Origin: Vicinamibacterales bacterium
Lineage (GTDB): Bacteria; Acidobacteriota; Vicinamibacteria; Vicinamibacterales; UBA2999
DNA length: 64,000 nucleotides
Assembly (NCBI GenBank): GCA_050250955.1
Contig: JBFWNR010000002.1
Span: forward strand, 537,634 to 601,633
Direction of reading: 5' to 3'
Positions within the stretch are counted from its first letter, which is position 1, and each line of letters begins with the position of its first letter. The translations under genes and the position numbers were made by a program. Of this stretch, positions 47,192 through 58,296 are shown piece by piece. A model generated the notes under the pieces. That model did no database searches. It was not told the DNA's origin and saw only the letters and a list, made by a program, of their open reading frames with translations.

Positions 47192-47872
47192 GTGCCTGCC
47201 GTTCGCCTGTTCATCGGAAACCTGCCGTACACCGCCACTGAAGAGGACATCCGGTCGTACTTTGCCCAGGTCGGCCCGCCGACCCAGGTGGTGCGCCCGC
47301 TCGACCGCGAGACGGGACGCGCCCGCGGCTTCGCCTTCGTGGAGTACGGCGAGCGCACCGTCGCGGAAGAGGCGATCAAACGCTTCGATGGGCAGCTCTT
47401 CATGGGGCGGCCGCTGGCGGTGAGCGAGGCGCGCGCGCGCGACGATCGCGGCCCGGGCGGCCCGCGGCCCGGCGGCGGTTTCGGCGGCCCGCGTCCAGGG
47501 GGCATGGGTCCTGGCCCAGGCGGCCCGCGCCCGGGAGGCTACAGCCCGCGTCCGCCGGGAGAGGGCTACGGCGGGGCCCGGCCGGGTGGCGGCGGCTACC
47601 GCTCCGGTCCCGGCGATGCGCCGATGAGCGAGGCGGCGATCGCGCGGCAGCGCAACTTCGGACCGCCGGCGCCTCCCAAGGGCAAGAAGGGCCCGAAGGC
47701 CGGGCAGAAGGAACGCGGCCCGCGCGGCCCGATCCCCACCAAGTTCACCGGCCGGGTCTACGGTCTCGACGACGAGAACGAAGCGGCGGCCGGCGGCGAC
47801 GACACCCTGCCGGACTTCATGAAGGCCGAGGCCGACACCGGGGCCGACGACACCGGCGACGATCAGGAGTAG
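47192..47872 (+). CDS. RRM-type RNA-binding protein with Gly/Pro/Arg-rich and acidic C-terminal extension
   Basis: GTG start after GAGAGAG. RNP2 LFIGNL and RNP1 RGFAFVEY. Followed by GGPRPGG repeats, the basic stretch KGKKGPKAGQKERGPRG, and an acidic end DDTGDDQE. Confidence 0.9.
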   Translation: MPAVRLFIGNLPYTATEEDIRSYFAQVGPPTQVVRPLDRETGRARGFAFVEYGERTVAEEAIKRFDGQLFMGRPLAVSEARARDDRGPGGPRPGGGFGGPRPGGMGPGPGGPRPGGYSPRPPGEGYGGARPGGGGYRSGPGDAPMSEAAIARQRNFGPPAPPKGKKGPKAGQKERGPRGPIPTKFTGRVYGLDDENEAAAGGDDTLPDFMKAEADTGADDTGDDQE

Positions 47873-47894
47873 GCGCCGGCGCCGCCCCCGGCGC
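47873..47894 (+). terminator. GC hairpin GCGCCGG-N8-CCGGCGC directly after the RBP stop
   Basis: 7-bp stem starting 1 nt after TAG 47870-47872. No U-tract. The next ORF starts at 47896, so it may be an intercistronic structure rather than a terminator. Confidence 0.3.
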
Positions 47895-47895
47895 T

Positions 47896-48131
47896 ATGAT
47901 CGCGGGGATGGACGCGTCGACACCGACCGTGCTGTGGCGTCTGTGGCGCGGTGAGGGCGCGCAGGCGCGGGCGGTGCTGCTGCCCGGCGATCCGCGCACC
48001 ACCCTGACCGTCTTCGTCGACGACGTGATGGACCGCGCCGAGAACTTCGACAGCCTCGACCTGGCGCTGTTCCGCGCCGACGACCTCCGCGCGATGCTCG
48101 TCGCCGACGGCTGGCGCGAGGAGCCGCCGCG

Positions 48132-48135
<4 letters not shown>
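47896..48135 (+). CDS. Hypothetical small protein (79 aa), translationally coupled to ispG
   Basis: ATG 47896 (alternative ATG 47908). The stop overlaps the ispG start (ATGA at 48132-48135). Sequence: [63 protein letters not shown]. Confidence 0.5.
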
Positions 48136-49412
<1,277 letters not shown>

Positions 49413-49417
49413 CGCCC

Positions 49418-51028
49418 ATGGCTTGGACCGTTCACGCACGGCCGTTTCCGCAACCACGTCACCGTTGGACGGCGCTCGCCGGCCTGGTCGCGCTCATGAC
49501 GTCGGGCGCACCGGTCGCTCAGCAGCGGTTCGACGTGCTCGTCCGCGGCGGCCAGGTGCTCGACGGCAGCGGCGGCCCGGCCCGACGTGCCGACGTCGGT
49601 GTCGTCGGCGACCGGATCACCGCCGTGGGCGACCTGGCGGCGGCGACGGCGACGACGCTCGTGGACGCCACCGGCCGCTACGTCACGCCGGGGTTCATCG
49701 ACGTGCACTCGCACGCCGGCCCGGGCCTGGCCACGCCGGCGTTGAAGCATGGCCGGCCGGTGCTCGCCCAGGGGATCACGACGGTGCTGGTCAACCCGGA
49801 CGGCGGCGGGCCGGTCGATCTCGCGACGCAACGCGCCGGCTACGAGCGCGACGGGGTCGGCCTGAACGTCGGACTGCTGGTGCCTCACGGGTCGGTGCGT
49901 CGCGAGGTGCTGGCGATGTCGGACCGCGACCCCACGCCGGCCGAACTGGCGCGGATGGTCGGTCTCGTCCGCGACGGCATGCGGGCCGGCGCGTTCGGGA
50001 TGTCGAGCGGCTTGTACTACGCGCCGGGCAGCTACTCGAAGACCGACGAGGTCATCGCGATGGCGCGACCGGTCGCCGAGTCCGGCGGCAGCTACACCAG
50101 CCACATCCGCGACGAAGCCGACTACGGCGTCGGCGTCGTCGCCGCCGTCGACGAGGTCATCGCCATCGCCGAGACGGCGGGGCTGACCGGCGTGGTCACC
50201 CACATGAAGGCGCTGGGACCGGCCAGCTGGGGCCTCTCCAAGACGCTGGTCGCCCACATCGAGGCCGCCCGGCAGCGCGGCGTGAAGGTCTACGCCGACC
50301 AGTATCCCTACGAGGCCAGCGGCACCGGCATCGTCGGCGCCCTGGTGCCCCGCTGGGCGCAGGTCGGCGGCCGCGACGTCATGCAGCGCCGCCTCACCGG
50401 CGAACTGCGCGGCAAGGTGCGCGACGAGGTGAAGGCGAACCTGGCGCGGCGCGGCGGCGCCGACACCTTCCTGGTCGCCGAATACGCCCCCGACACGTCG
50501 ATCGAAGGGCAACGGCTGTCGGACCTGGCCGCCAGGGCGGGGCTCGCCCCGGAGGAATACGCGCTGACCCTGCTGGAGAAGGACGATGCCGGGCTGGTGT
50601 CGTTCAACATGTCCGAGGACGACATCGCCCTCATCATGCGCCAGCCGTGGACGATGACCTGCACCGACGGCGGCCTGCAGCCGGTGACCGAGGGCAAGCC
50701 CCACCCGCGGGCCTACGGCGCCTTCCCGCGCAAGCTGGCCCGCTACGTCCGCGATCGCGGCGTCGTCGACCTGCCGTTCGCGATCCGATCGATGACCGCG
50801 CTGGCCGCCGAGGTGTTCGGCATCAAGGACCGCGGCGTCGTCCGCCCGGGCGCGTTCGCCGACCTGCTGGTGTTCGACCTCGCCGCCGTGCGGGAGACCG
50901 CCACCTACGAGAATCCGCACCAGCTGGCCGAGGGCTTCGACACCATCGTCGTCAACGGGCGCGTGGCGCGGCGCAACGGCACGTTCGGCGACGGGCTGGC
51001 CGGCCGGGTGCTGCGCCTCGAACGATGA
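49418..51028 (+). CDS. N-acyl-D-amino-acid deacylase (D-aminoacylase) family amidohydrolase, secreted
   Basis: In-frame ATG 49418 with a signal-like N-terminus. FDVLVRGGQVLDGSG...VGDRI..VGDL, GFIDVHSH, YTSHIRDE, HMKA, PHPRAYG. Confidence 0.85.
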   Translation: MAWTVHARPFPQPRHRWTALAGLVALMTSGAPVAQQRFDVLVRGGQVLDGSGGPARRADVGVVGDRITAVGDLAAATATTLVDATGRYVTPGFIDVHSHAGPGLATPALKHGRPVLAQGITTVLVNPDGGGPVDLATQRAGYERDGVGLNVGLLVPHGSVRREVLAMSDRDPTPAELARMVGLVRDGMRAGAFGMSSGLYYAPGSYSKTDEVIAMARPVAESGGSYTSHIRDEADYGVGVVAAVDEVIAIAETAGLTGVVTHMKALGPASWGLSKTLVAHIEAARQRGVKVYADQYPYEASGTGIVGALVPRWAQVGGRDVMQRRLTGELRGKVRDEVKANLARRGGADTFLVAEYAPDTSIEGQRLSDLAARAGLAPEEYALTLLEKDDAGLVSFNMSEDDIALIMRQPWTMTCTDGGLQPVTEGKPHPRAYGAFPRKLARYVRDRGVVDLPFAIRSMTALAAEVFGIKDRGVVRPGAFADLLVFDLAAVRETATYENPHQLAEGFDTIVVNGRVARRNGTFGDGLAGRVLRLER

Positions 51029-51041
51029 GCGGCCGGCGCCG

Positions 51042-52292
51042 TCAGGCGGGCGGGCCGGTGATGAGGCGCACGCCGCGCTGTCTGGTCACGTAGGCGATCA
51101 GCCACTGCGCCAGCACCACCACCCGGTTCTTGAAGCCGATGAGGAACACGAGGTGGAGGAACAGCCAGGCCAGCCAGGCCGGATAGCCGGTCAGCCGCAC
51201 CCAGCCGAGATCGGCGATGGCGCGGGCCCGGCCGATCGTCGCCATGCTCCCGGGGTCGCGATAGCGGAACGGCTCGGTGGCGGCGCCGGCGATCGTCTTC
51301 AGGGCGTTGGCGGCGGCGCATCGCCCGGCCTGCATCGCCGCCTGGGCCACGCCGGGAATCGGCCGGCCATCGCCGCCGGGGCGGGCCATCAGGTCGCCGG
51401 CGACGAAGATCTCCGGATGGCCGGGCACCGACAGATCCTCGCGGACCTCGACCCGGCCGAGCCGGTCGAGCGGACCGCGGGTCGCCCGCCCGAGCGGCGA
51501 TGCCTGGACGCCGGCCGCCCAGACGACGGTCCCGGCGCGCAGCCGCTCGGCACCGATCGCCACCGCATCGGCGGTAAGGCCGGTGACGGTCGTGCCCTCG
51601 CGGACCTCGACGCCGAGGTCGGCGAGCGCCCGCCGCGCCGAGTCGCGGAGCCGTTCGACGTAGGCGGCGAGAATCGTCGCCCCGCCCTCGAGGAGCACGA
51701 CCCGGGCGGTCTGCGGCGCGATGCGATCGAACTCGTCGCGCAGCGCCTGCCGGGCGATCTCGGCGATGGCGCCGGCCATCTCCACGCCGGTCGGGCCGCC
51801 GCCGATGACCACGAACGTCAGCAGCTCACGCTGGCGGGCCGGGTCGGCTTCGGCTTCGGCACGCTCGAAGGCGAGCAGGACGCGGCGGCGGATGGCCACG
51901 GCGTCGTCCAGCGTCTTGAGGCCTGGGGCGTGCACCGCCCAGTCGTCGTGGCCGAAGTAGGCGTGCGTGACGCCGGTGGCGACGATGAGCGCGTGGTAGG
52001 GCAACCCGTCCCCGCTCGCCAGCTCGACCCGACGGGCCGCTACGTCGATGCCGACGGCCTCGCCGAGCAGGACCCTGACGTTCCCCTGCCGGCGCAGGAT
52101 CCAGCGGATCGGCGCCGCGATGTCGGCGGGCGACAGGCCGGCCGTGGCGACCTGGTAGAGCAGCGGCTGGAAGACGTGGTGGTTGTGGCGATCGACCACG
52201 GTCACGTCCACCGCCGCCCGGCGCAGGGCCCGCGCCGCCGCCAGGCCGGCGAAGCCACCGCCGACGATCACGACGCGCGCGGCAGTGGTCAT
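51042..52292 (-). CDS. ndh: Type II NADH:quinone oxidoreductase (NDH-2)
   Basis: ATG 52292 (ATGA overlap with the upstream permease stop). RVVIVGGGFAGLAAARAL, a second dinucleotide fold FVVIGGGPTGVEMAG, and VFVAGDLM. Confidence 0.9.
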   Translation of the reverse strand: MTTAARVVIVGGGFAGLAAARALRRAAVDVTVVDRHNHHVFQPLLYQVATAGLSPADIAAPIRWILRRQGNVRVLLGEAVGIDVAARRVELASGDGLPYHALIVATGVTHAYFGHDDWAVHAPGLKTLDDAVAIRRRVLLAFERAEAEADPARQRELLTFVVIGGGPTGVEMAGAIAEIARQALRDEFDRIAPQTARVVLLEGGATILAAYVERLRDSARRALADLGVEVREGTTVTGLTADAVAIGAERLRAGTVVWAAGVQASPLGRATRGPLDRLGRVEVREDLSVPGHPEIFVAGDLMARPGGDGRPIPGVAQAAMQAGRCAAANALKTIAGAATEPFRYRDPGSMATIGRARAIADLGWVRLTGYPAWLAWLFLHLVFLIGFKNRVVVLAQWLIAYVTRQRGVRLITGPPA

Positions 52293-53575
52293 TCGTAGCG
52301 CAGCGCCTCGACCGGATCGAGCGCGGCGGCCCGTCGCGCCGGCCAGTACCCGGCCAGGATTCCGACGACGATCGAGGTGCCGAGTCCCGCCAGGACCGCC
52401 CACAGCGGCGGCATCGCCGGAAAGGCCGGGGCGAACACCGTGGCGACGAGACCCAGCGCCACCGCAACCGCGACACCGGCGGCGCCGCCGGCGCCGGCCA
52501 GCATCGCCGCCTCGAACAGGAACTGCCGCAGCACCTCGCCGCGCCGGGCGCCGATGGCGAGCCGGACGCCGATCTCGCGCGTCCGCTCGGTGACGCTCAT
52601 CACCATGACGTTGGCGATGCCGATGCCGCCGATGAGCAGACTGACGGCGGCGAGGCCGACGGTGGCGAAGAACAGCTGGGCGCCGAGGCGGTCGAACTGG
52701 GCGATGATCTGGTCCGAGGTCGACAGCTGGAAGTCGCTGGGCGCCCCGCCGGCGACGCCGCGAACCAGGCGCAGCACGGTCTCGGTCTCGTCGCGGGCGC
52801 GGGCGCGCAGACCGGGGCGGGCGCGCACGTAGAGCACCGTATTCTCGGCCTCGGGAAACCGCCGCAGGGCGGTCGCCACCGGCAGCAACACGACGTTGTC
52901 GTTGCGGTTCTCGCCGAAGAAGGTGCCGCGCCGCTTGGCCAGCACCCCGACGACGTAGACGCGGGAGCCGCCGAGCAGGAACGACTGCCCCACGGCACCG
53001 GCCGTCCCGAACAGGGCCGTGGCGATGTTGGCACCGAGGACCGCCACCGGAGCGAGGACGCGGTTCTCGGCCTCGCTGAACGGACGGCCGGCGGCGAAGT
53101 CGGCGCCGGTCACGTCGAAGAAGTTCGCCGACACCCCTTCGAGCAGCACCGTGTCCGACTCGTTGGCGCCGTTCCGGGCGGTGATGGTCCGCGTCGCCGT
53201 GACGGCCGGCACCAGCAGCTGCACCCCGACGTCGCGCACCGACGGCGCGAGGCGTTCGACGACGGCGGCGTCGGCCGGACGGAGAGGCCGCCGCAGCGCG
53301 TCACGCTCCGATGCCGGGCTGTACGGATCGCCGTTGCGGTGGAAGGCGAAGATGTTGTCGGTGCCGAGCTCGCGGAACAGCTGCGCCACGCTGTTGCGGA
53401 GCCCGACCAGCACCGACGCCACCAGCACCACGGTGACGATGCCGATCACCACGCCGCCGATGGCCAGCGCGGATCGCGCCGGTTGGGCGCGCAGGGACTC
53501 CCAGGCGAGGCGTGCCGCCTCGCCGAGCGAACCGGTCACGGCGGCCAGGCCGTGGCCATCCGCCCGTCGCGCCAT
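52289..53575 (-). CDS. ABC transporter permease, MacB/FtsX-type
   Basis: 428 aa. N-terminal TM, large periplasmic domain, then a C-terminal FtsX 3-TM bundle with SVTERTREIGVRLAIGARRGEVLRQFL. Confidence 0.85.
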   Translation of the reverse strand: MARRADGHGLAAVTGSLGEAARLAWESLRAQPARSALAIGGVVIGIVTVVLVASVLVGLRNSVAQLFRELGTDNIFAFHRNGDPYSPASERDALRRPLRPADAAVVERLAPSVRDVGVQLLVPAVTATRTITARNGANESDTVLLEGVSANFFDVTGADFAAGRPFSEAENRVLAPVAVLGANIATALFGTAGAVGQSFLLGGSRVYVVGVLAKRRGTFFGENRNDNVVLLPVATALRRFPEAENTVLYVRARPGLRARARDETETVLRLVRGVAGGAPSDFQLSTSDQIIAQFDRLGAQLFFATVGLAAVSLLIGGIGIANVMVMSVTERTREIGVRLAIGARRGEVLRQFLFEAAMLAGAGGAAGVAVAVALGLVATVFAPAFPAMPPLWAVLAGLGTSIVVGILAGYWPARRAAALDPVEALRYE

Positions 53576-54825
53576 CAGTCGGCCCTCAACGCGGTGATCA
53601 CGTCGATGCGGGTGGCACGGCGCGCCGGATACCAGCCGGCGACGATGCCGCTCGCTGCCGCGGCGCCCAGCGCCAGCGCCACGGTCGACGCACGGATGCC
53701 GATGGGGATGCCCAACGCCGCGGACAGGACCGTCACGGTGGCGCCGGCCGCCACGGCGCCGACCGTGCCGCCGGCGGTCGCCACCAGCACCGCCTCGGCC
53801 AGCACCTCGCGCAGGATCTGGCGGCGCGGGGCGCCGAGCGCGCGGCGCACGCCGATCTCCCGCGTCCGCGTCGTCACCGAGACGAGCACGGTGTTGGTGA
53901 CCACGACGATGGCCGCCAGCAACGCCATCGCCGAGATCGGCCCGGCGGCGGCGCCGATGCGTTGGGACAGCGAGAGGACGAAGCCGCGCGCGGCGTCGGG
54001 CGTGAGCAGGTCGAAGGTGTCGGCCGCGCCGGGGGCGAGGCGACGGGCGGCGCGCAGCGACACCCGGGCGCGGTCCTCGCCCGCCTCCGATCGACGGTTG
54101 CCCACGGTCTTGGCGAAGATCTGCAGGCTGCGCGGCGCCCCGAACGCCCGCTCGAACGCGCGCAACGGCACCCAGACGTAACGGTCGAGCGACGCCCCTC
54201 CCGAGTTGCCCAGACGGTCCTGGACCCCGATCACTTCGAACCGCCGGCCGGCGAGGCGGATCGCCTGGCCGAGCGGATCGCGGGCCGGGAACAGGGCGTC
54301 GGCGACGTCGGTGCCGATCACCGCCACGGCCGCGCCGGCGCGGTCCTCGTCGGGCCTGAAGAACCGGCCGCGGGCGATGGCCAGGTCACGCAGATCGGCC
54401 AGCGTCGACCAGGTTCCGGTGATGGCGCCGTTCTCGAACACCCGGCCGCCGGCGACCACCTCCGCCGTCGTCTGCGCGTTGGGCGCGTATTCCACCAGCC
54501 CCCCGGCGAGACGTTCGAGCTGGACCAGCTCGATGCGCTGGATCGGCGGGTTGCGCTGCAGCTGCTGCTGGAGCTCGCGCCGCGACACGCGGCCCGGTGA
54601 CGCCACCTGCGCGAGCAGGAACGTGTCGGATCCGAATGCCCTCGCCGTCGTCGTCCGGGCGTACGCCGCCACGGCGTCGAGGGCCGCGACGACGATGATG
54701 ATGGTCGCGACGGCGGCCGCAATGGCCAGTCCGCCCAACGCCGACCGCAGCCGGTGTCCACGGGCCGCGGCCAGCCCCTGGGCGACCGCTTCAATCAACT
54801 CCCGCCGCATCGACGCCCGAGCCAT
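53575..54825 (-). CDS. ABC transporter permease, MacB/FtsX-type (paralogue)
   Basis: The track ORF extends to 54912. ATG 54825 (MARASMRRELIEAV) or ATG 54810 is more plausible. Contains SVTTRTREIGVRRALGAPRRQILREVL. No ATPase gene is adjacent. Confidence 0.85.
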   Translation of the reverse strand: MARASMRRELIEAVAQGLAAARGHRLRSALGGLAIAAAVATIIIVVAALDAVAAYARTTTARAFGSDTFLLAQVASPGRVSRRELQQQLQRNPPIQRIELVQLERLAGGLVEYAPNAQTTAEVVAGGRVFENGAITGTWSTLADLRDLAIARGRFFRPDEDRAGAAVAVIGTDVADALFPARDPLGQAIRLAGRRFEVIGVQDRLGNSGGASLDRYVWVPLRAFERAFGAPRSLQIFAKTVGNRRSEAGEDRARVSLRAARRLAPGAADTFDLLTPDAARGFVLSLSQRIGAAAGPISAMALLAAIVVVTNTVLVSVTTRTREIGVRRALGAPRRQILREVLAEAVLVATAGGTVGAVAAGATVTVLSAALGIPIGIRASTVALALGAAAASGIVAGWYPARRATRIDVITALRAD

Positions 54826-54939
54826 CCCGAGTGTTGGACGCACAGTCGGCACCGGTCGCCCCGGATCAGCGCCCGGGGACGCCTCGGACCACCGGAGCGT
54901 CACAGCATACACTTGTCACCCCGACTGCCGCTCCCGCCC

Positions 54940-56184
54940 ATGCCCTCACGTCGCACCGTCCTGCTGGTCGTCCTGGTCCTCGCTGGTGTCGCCGCCTTTG
55001 CCCTCCGCCCCCGGTCCGGCGACCGGATCGAGGTCGACGTGGCCGTCGTCGAGCGGGTCGCGCAGCTGCGCTCGTTCGTCACGGCGTCGGGAGAGATCGT
55101 CGCCACCCGGTTCGCGGACATCGGGTCGAGCGCGATGGGCCGGGTCGTGGAGCTCGCGGTCAAGGAGGGCGACCGGGTCCGGGCCGGCCAGCGGCTGGCG
55201 CGGATCGACCCGGTCCAGGCCGCCAGTGCCGCGACGGCGGCCGCCGAGGGCCTGGCGGCGCTGGAGGCGGACGCCCGGGCGCTGGGCGCCCAGGCCCGGC
55301 AGGCGCGGGCCGACCTCGCCGCCTCGCAGGCGCGCGCCGACGAAGCCGCCAGGAACCGCCGCCGGGCCGACGACCTCCGGGCCGCCGGACTGACGCCGCA
55401 GGCCGACTTCGATGCCGCTGTGGCGGCCGCCGACAGCGCCGCGGCCCAGGTCGCCGCCGCCACCGCCGCCGTGGCGCGGAGCGACCAGGCGCTGGCCGCG
55501 GCCGAGCGACGCGTCGCCCAGGCCCGCGCCGACCGCACCCGGGCTCGCGATCAACTGGACAAGACCGAGATCACCGCGCCGATCGACGGCGTCGTGACCC
55601 GCCTGGACGTCGAAGAGGGCGAGATGGTCGTCATCGGCGTGCAGAACCAGCCGGGCACCATCCTCATGACCGTCTCGGACCTGAGCGCCGTCGATGCCGA
55701 GGTCAAGGTCGCCGAGGCCGACGTGCTCCGCCTGGCCGTCGGCAACCCGGCGACGGTGTCGCTCGAGGCGGCCGGGGGCCGGATCTTTCCCGGCAAGGTG
55801 GTCGAGATCGGCGCCAGCGCCCTGCCGCAGATCGGCACGCAGGCGGCCGCGCGCGAGTTTCGCGTCCGGGTCCGCCTGGCCGGCGACATCTCGGTGCTGC
55901 GCCCCGGCCTCACGTGCGATGCCGAGATCCTGGTCGCCGAGCGCACCGGGGTCCTGACCGTGCCGTTGCAGGCGGTGGTGCAGCGCGGCGAGGAGACCGG
56001 AGTGTTCGTGCTCGACGGCGACGACCGCGCGGCGTTCACGCCGGTGACCCCCGGCATCATCGGCGGCCTCGCCATCGAGGTCGACGGACTCGCCGAGGGG
56101 GCCACGATTGTCGCCGGGCCGTTCCAGGCGCTGCGCGAACTCGACACCGGCATCCGGGTGCGGCGACGCGCCGCAACTCCGTAG
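54940..56184 (+). CDS. Efflux periplasmic adaptor (HlyD/MacA family)
   Basis: In-frame ATG 54940 with a TM anchor. Lipoyl-like VKEGDRVRAGQRLARID, a long Ala-rich coiled-coil hairpin, and ITAPIDGVVTRLDVEEGEMV. Confidence 0.85.
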   Translation: MPSRRTVLLVVLVLAGVAAFALRPRSGDRIEVDVAVVERVAQLRSFVTASGEIVATRFADIGSSAMGRVVELAVKEGDRVRAGQRLARIDPVQAASAATAAAEGLAALEADARALGAQARQARADLAASQARADEAARNRRRADDLRAAGLTPQADFDAAVAAADSAAAQVAAATAAVARSDQALAAAERRVAQARADRTRARDQLDKTEITAPIDGVVTRLDVEEGEMVVIGVQNQPGTILMTVSDLSAVDAEVKVAEADVLRLAVGNPATVSLEAAGGRIFPGKVVEIGASALPQIGTQAAAREFRVRVRLAGDISVLRPGLTCDAEILVAERTGVLTVPLQAVVQRGEETGVFVLDGDDRAAFTPVTPGIIGGLAIEVDGLAEGATIVAGPFQALRELDTGIRVRRRAATP

Positions 56185-56220
56185 TCCTGGCCGCCGGCCG
56201 GCCTCGCAGTAAGATGCCCC

Positions 56221-58284
56221 ATGGCCATCCGCCCTGCCGTGGCACCGCCGGAATCATCGGTCGAGACGGCGTGCCCGCTCGACTGCCCCGACGCCTGCAC
56301 GCTGTCGATCACCCTGAGGGGCGGACGCATCGCCACCATCGACGGCGGCCACACCAACCCGGTCACCGGCGGCTACATCTGCGCCAAGGTCCGTCGCTTC
56401 GGGGCTCGCGTCTACGGCGACGACCGCCTGCACTTCCCCGCCGTCCGCGCCGGCGCCAAGGGCACGGCGAGCTTCCAGCGCGTGAGCTGGGATGACGCCC
56501 TCGATCGCATCGCCGAGCGGCTGTCGACGATCCGGGCCGAATCAGGCGGCGAGGCCATCCTGCCGCTGTGCTACGGCGGCTCGAACGGCTTCCTGACCCA
56601 GGACGGCGCCGACGCGTCGCTGTTCCGGCGTCTCGGCGCCGCCCGCCTGGCCCGCACCGTGTGCGCCGCCCCGACCGGTGCCGCCAACCAGGCGCTGTAC
56701 GGCAAGATGGCGTCGGTCGTCTATCAGGACTATCCCGAGGCGCGGTTGATCCTGCTGTGGGGCGTCAACCCGTCGGCCTCCGGCATCCACCTGATGCCGT
56801 ACCTGAAGGATGCCCGCGCCCGCGGCGCGACCATCGTGGTCGTCGATCCCCGCGCGACGACGGTCGCCCGCCAGGCCGACATCCACCTGGCGATCCGGCC
56901 GGGAACCGACGTCGTCGTGGCGCTGGCCATCCATCGGCACCTGTTCACGAGCGGGACCGCCGACGAGCGCTTCCTCGCCGAGCACACCACCGGGGCCGAG
57001 CAGCTCCGCCGGCAGGCCGAGCCGTGGACGTTCGCCCGCGCCGCCGAGGTCAGCGGCCTCGGGGCCGAGGACATCGAACGCGTCGCCCGTCTCTACGCCA
57101 CGAGCCAGCCGGCGCTGATCAAGTGCGGGTGGGGCCTCGAACGCAACCGCAACGGCGGCAACGCCGCACTGGCGGTGCTGGCCCTGCCGGCGGTGGGCGG
57201 CAAGTTCGGCGTCCGCGGCGGCGGCTATTCGATGAGCAACTCGGCGTCGTGGGGGATCGCCCGCTCGTGGCTGCGCGACGCGGAACCGCAGACGCGCGTG
57301 GTGAACATGAACCAGGTCGGTCGTGAACTGACCGACCCGACCGGGACGCCGACCCGCGGGCTGTTCGTCTACAACTGCAATCCGGCGGTGACCCTGCCCG
57401 ATCAGCAGCGCGTGCTGGCCGGGCTGGCCCGCCCGGACCTGTTCACGGTGGTGTTCGATCAGGTGTTGACCGACACGGCCGCCTTCGCCGACGTGGTCCT
57501 GCCGGCGACGACCTTCCTCGAACACTACGACTTCGCCAAGGGGTACGGCGCCCTCAGTCTGCAGCTGGCCCGGCCGGCCATCGAGCCGATCGGCGAATCG
57601 CGGCCGAACGCCGACGTGTTCCTGGCGCTGGCGGCGCGGCTCGGGCTCGACGCGCCCGACGATCCGGCCGACGAACTCGAACAGATGCTCGGAGTGATCG
57701 CCGCTCTGCCCGGGGCCGTGGGCGATGAGATCCGTGCGCACGGCCACGCGACGCCGCCGCACGGCGGCCGGCCGGTGCAGTTCGTGGACGTGTTTCCCCA
57801 GACGCCGGATCGGAAGGTGGCGCTCTGGCCGGAAGGGATCGCCAGCGACGCGCCGCTGGGGCTCTACGCCTACGTCGCCGATCCGGGGACGCCCGAGTTT
57901 CCCCTGGCGCTCATCTCTCCCGCCTCGGAGCGCACCGTCAGCTCGACGCTCGGCGAGTTGGATCGCCCACGTGTGCTCCTCGAGATGCACCCCGACGACG
58001 CGACGCCGCGCGGCATCGGTGACGGCGACGACGTCCGCGTCCACAACGCGCTCGGCGCCATGGAGTGCGGCGTGAAGGTCACGCCGCTGGTCCGGCCCGG
58101 CACCGTGTCGTTTCCGAAGGGCGTGTGGCGGCGGCACACCGGCAACGGCCTCACCGCCAACGCCCTCGTCCCCGACACGCTGACCGACCTCGGCGGCGGT
58201 GCGTGCTTCAACGACGCCCGAGTGGAGGTGGCGCTGGTCGCCACCTCCCGCCGATCGCGCACCCGCCCGGAGCGGGTGCAATAG
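56221..58284 (+). CDS. Molybdopterin-dependent oxidoreductase (MopB superfamily, N-terminal 4Fe-4S)
   Basis: 687 aa. CPLDCPDACTLSI...YICAKV is the Cys cluster. LWGVNPSAS and VVVDPRAT. C-terminal molydop-binding beta barrel (MHPDDA...GDGDDVRVHN). The predicted Mo-ligand position carries Cys (TVCAAPTG). Confidence 0.9.
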   Translation: MAIRPAVAPPESSVETACPLDCPDACTLSITLRGGRIATIDGGHTNPVTGGYICAKVRRFGARVYGDDRLHFPAVRAGAKGTASFQRVSWDDALDRIAERLSTIRAESGGEAILPLCYGGSNGFLTQDGADASLFRRLGAARLARTVCAAPTGAANQALYGKMASVVYQDYPEARLILLWGVNPSASGIHLMPYLKDARARGATIVVVDPRATTVARQADIHLAIRPGTDVVVALAIHRHLFTSGTADERFLAEHTTGAEQLRRQAEPWTFARAAEVSGLGAEDIERVARLYATSQPALIKCGWGLERNRNGGNAALAVLALPAVGGKFGVRGGGYSMSNSASWGIARSWLRDAEPQTRVVNMNQVGRELTDPTGTPTRGLFVYNCNPAVTLPDQQRVLAGLARPDLFTVVFDQVLTDTAAFADVVLPATTFLEHYDFAKGYGALSLQLARPAIEPIGESRPNADVFLALAARLGLDAPDDPADELEQMLGVIAALPGAVGDEIRAHGHATPPHGGRPVQFVDVFPQTPDRKVALWPEGIASDAPLGLYAYVADPGTPEFPLALISPASERTVSSTLGELDRPRVLLEMHPDDATPRGIGDGDDVRVHNALGAMECGVKVTPLVRPGTVSFPKGVWRRHTGNGLTANALVPDTLTDLGGGACFNDARVEVALVATSRRSRTRPERVQ

Positions 58285-58296
58285 GCCAGTCCAGGC

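Noticed and set aside
56221-58284. Checked the Mo-oxidoreductase for a selenocysteine codon, since the COG0243-type family often contains Sec
   Set aside because: The ORF is uninterrupted, and the predicted Mo-ligand position encodes Cys (TVCAAPTG). There is no in-frame TGA.
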